Source of the DNA: Guillardia theta CCMP2712
Taxonomy: Eukaryota; Protista; Cryptophyta
Length of the DNA stretch: 64,000 nt
Assembly: GCF_000315625.1 (NCBI RefSeq)
Contig: NW_005434617.1
Location: forward strand, 241,757-305,756
Reading direction: 5' to 3'
In this document: positions 62,300 through 64,000 of the stretch, piece by piece
How positions within the stretch are numbered: position 1 is the stretch's first letter
Layout of the letters: the number at the start of each line of letters is the position of its first letter
Position numbers and translations under genes: made by a program
Notes under the pieces: model-generated
Told to the model about the DNA's origin: nothing
Databases searched by the model: none
The model's input: the letters and a program-made list of their open reading frames with translations, nothing else

Positions 62300-62560
62300 C
62301 AACAAACTCCCGGCGTCGCCGGCGTCGGACTGCTGGGCCGCGACTGCACGGTGCCGGGCCCGGGTCGCGGCCCGGACCCGGAACTTCGGAACGGTCCGAC
62401 GGCTTGACTCTCAGTGCGGCCGTACGGTCACACGCCGGGCCCGGGGCCCGGGGTCTGACGGTAACCGGGTGAGGGCCCAGGCCGACCGTCACTGTAGCCG
62501 GAGGCTCACTGCCCTCAGAACTCACGGTTTACGGGTAGTACGGTTCAAGGGCCGGCAGTG
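62300..62560. promoter_or_regulatory. GC-rich island between divergent gene starts
   Basis: GAACTTCGG, CTCAGTG, CCGTACGG and GGGCCCGGGGCCCGGG words. Confidence 0.5.
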
Positions 62561-62569
62561 ACCAACTTG

Positions 62570-62958
62570 ATGTCAAGGCTCGGAACTTCCTGGCAGCGGC
62601 CAGCAAATTCATCCAGCCTGGAAGTTAAGGAACAGCGGTTTGTGAGAGATAACTCAAGACAAAAGCATAGAGCTTTCTTTCTCAAGCTGATGCTCTTCCT
62701 TGCTAAGAATGATTATTCCGGCGACCATGTCAAGCATCATTTACAAAGACGAGGATATTGAAGGAGGTGGAGAGCAAGGGCATCACGCTCACGGTTCAAC
62801 GGTTACTCCGAGGCTCTCTGGACCTCGAAAGGGCTATTGTGGAGATAAAGAACCGCGTCAACACAGGGCAGATTTCTACGCCAGGCTCTTCGTCTTCTCG
62901 CCACTTGCGCTCTGCCTCGAAGGGTGGACAGAGGCTAAGGTATGATGAGAGCAGGTGA
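62570..62958 (+). CDS. Possible small spliced gene of unknown function
   Basis: MSRLGTSW... exon and ILKEVESKGITLTVQRLLRGSLDLERAIVEIKNRV exon downstream of a GC island. Confidence 0.25.
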
Positions 62959-64000
62959 AAATTCTGTGGATGATGTATTGAGAGGTGACATAGACACAGC
63001 GATTGAATGTTGGCATGGAGAGAGAATATAAATGGTTGGCATGATCCCTAGCATAATCCTCCGTAATGGAGGGTTGAAAATTGAATTCAGGACATCAAAA
63101 ATTATTTTGGGAAAGCAAAATCAAACCCTCCATGCTCCATACCCGCCATGGGTGCTGAAATAGCACCGGCAGAACAGGGAGAAGGACATCCAACTATGTT
63201 GGGTGTCGGCAGACATGCTAAGATTCATCAATGATGAATAGTTTTCTTTTAATTTTAAGCTGAAAATAAGGGGCAAGTTGAGTCACGAACGAAAATATCA
63301 TATCAATGAAAGCCTGACGAGGATGATAAGGGAAGTAAGAGTGAGTGTTTGAAAAAAGTGTCATGTGGTCAAATCAATAGAACGTAAGCATAATCACGAA
63401 GGAAATGTCATGTGACCAAAATCACACAACACAATTATGTCAAATAAGTCAAATTGTTGTATTCTGGACTCATCATACCGGACGCCCCTTGTGATGCGGG
63501 TATAGTCCAGCAACTGAGCGATAGTGCACTTAGGAGTAGAACAGATGAACAATGAAGCTAGATTTGTTTATGTACAGCAGTAAGAGAACACACGTCAATG
63601 TTCGTGCAATCCCATTCCGATGACGTGGCCAACGTCTAAGATGGGTTGCTTATATGTCGAGGTCAGGCTTAACCCGTAATACAGCAATGAGTAAACATGT
63701 GTATCGGTTTATACCAGCCTCATGCTTTCATCATACCAATGTGTTGTACGTACGTCTACGTCCAGTACACATCTTCGATTCTAGCATTATACACCTCGCC
63801 AGCGTACGTAGCCTCTTGCGACTACTCGCATGATGCTGCCATGTCCGTTACTGACGTAACGTCATGCGGGTGCAACATCACTCCCCCTTGCTCGAAACTC
63901 AGTGTCGTCACTGCGTGAGAGCATTGATTTATGCAACACCGGGACCGACCCAACGATTCTGGTGCTGTATGAGGGTCTCCCTTTGTCTCTTCGCGAACTA

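Overview
Eukaryotic, intron-rich nuclear DNA from a cryptophyte alga (Guillardia/Hanusia-like). The assignment rests on a divergent pair of cryptophyte phycoerythrin alpha-subunit genes (cpeA) with bipartite 'AF' plastid-targeting leaders, many ~50-nt GT-AG introns and abundant microsatellites. Two 100-N assembly gaps are present. Recognisable genes: cpeA x2, an alpha-kinase, Polo-like kinase, plastid thioredoxin-m, a TMEM164-like protein, a CEP164-like WW protein, a RING-HC E3, an ARM-repeat protein and a DUF6817-like protein. Most unusual items, several only visible after splicing exons by hand: (1) a three-copy intronless family of unknown single-pass membrane proteins with a conserved C-terminal SSGSR(F/Y)YAS motif, next to the cpeA pair; (2) a linker-histone H1 globular domain fused to an FKBP PPIase; (3) a SAND/TDBD-like + atypical bromodomain + DNMT1-RFTS-like reader protein; (4) an apparently catalytically dead HDAC-fold protein; (5) a 61-aa RebB/Tri-like ejectisome ribbon protein candidate; (6) patchwork sequence homogenisation between the inverted cpeA genes; (7) GC-rich palindrome-dense islands at head-to-head gene junctions. 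All domain calls are by-eye motif recognition, not database searches.
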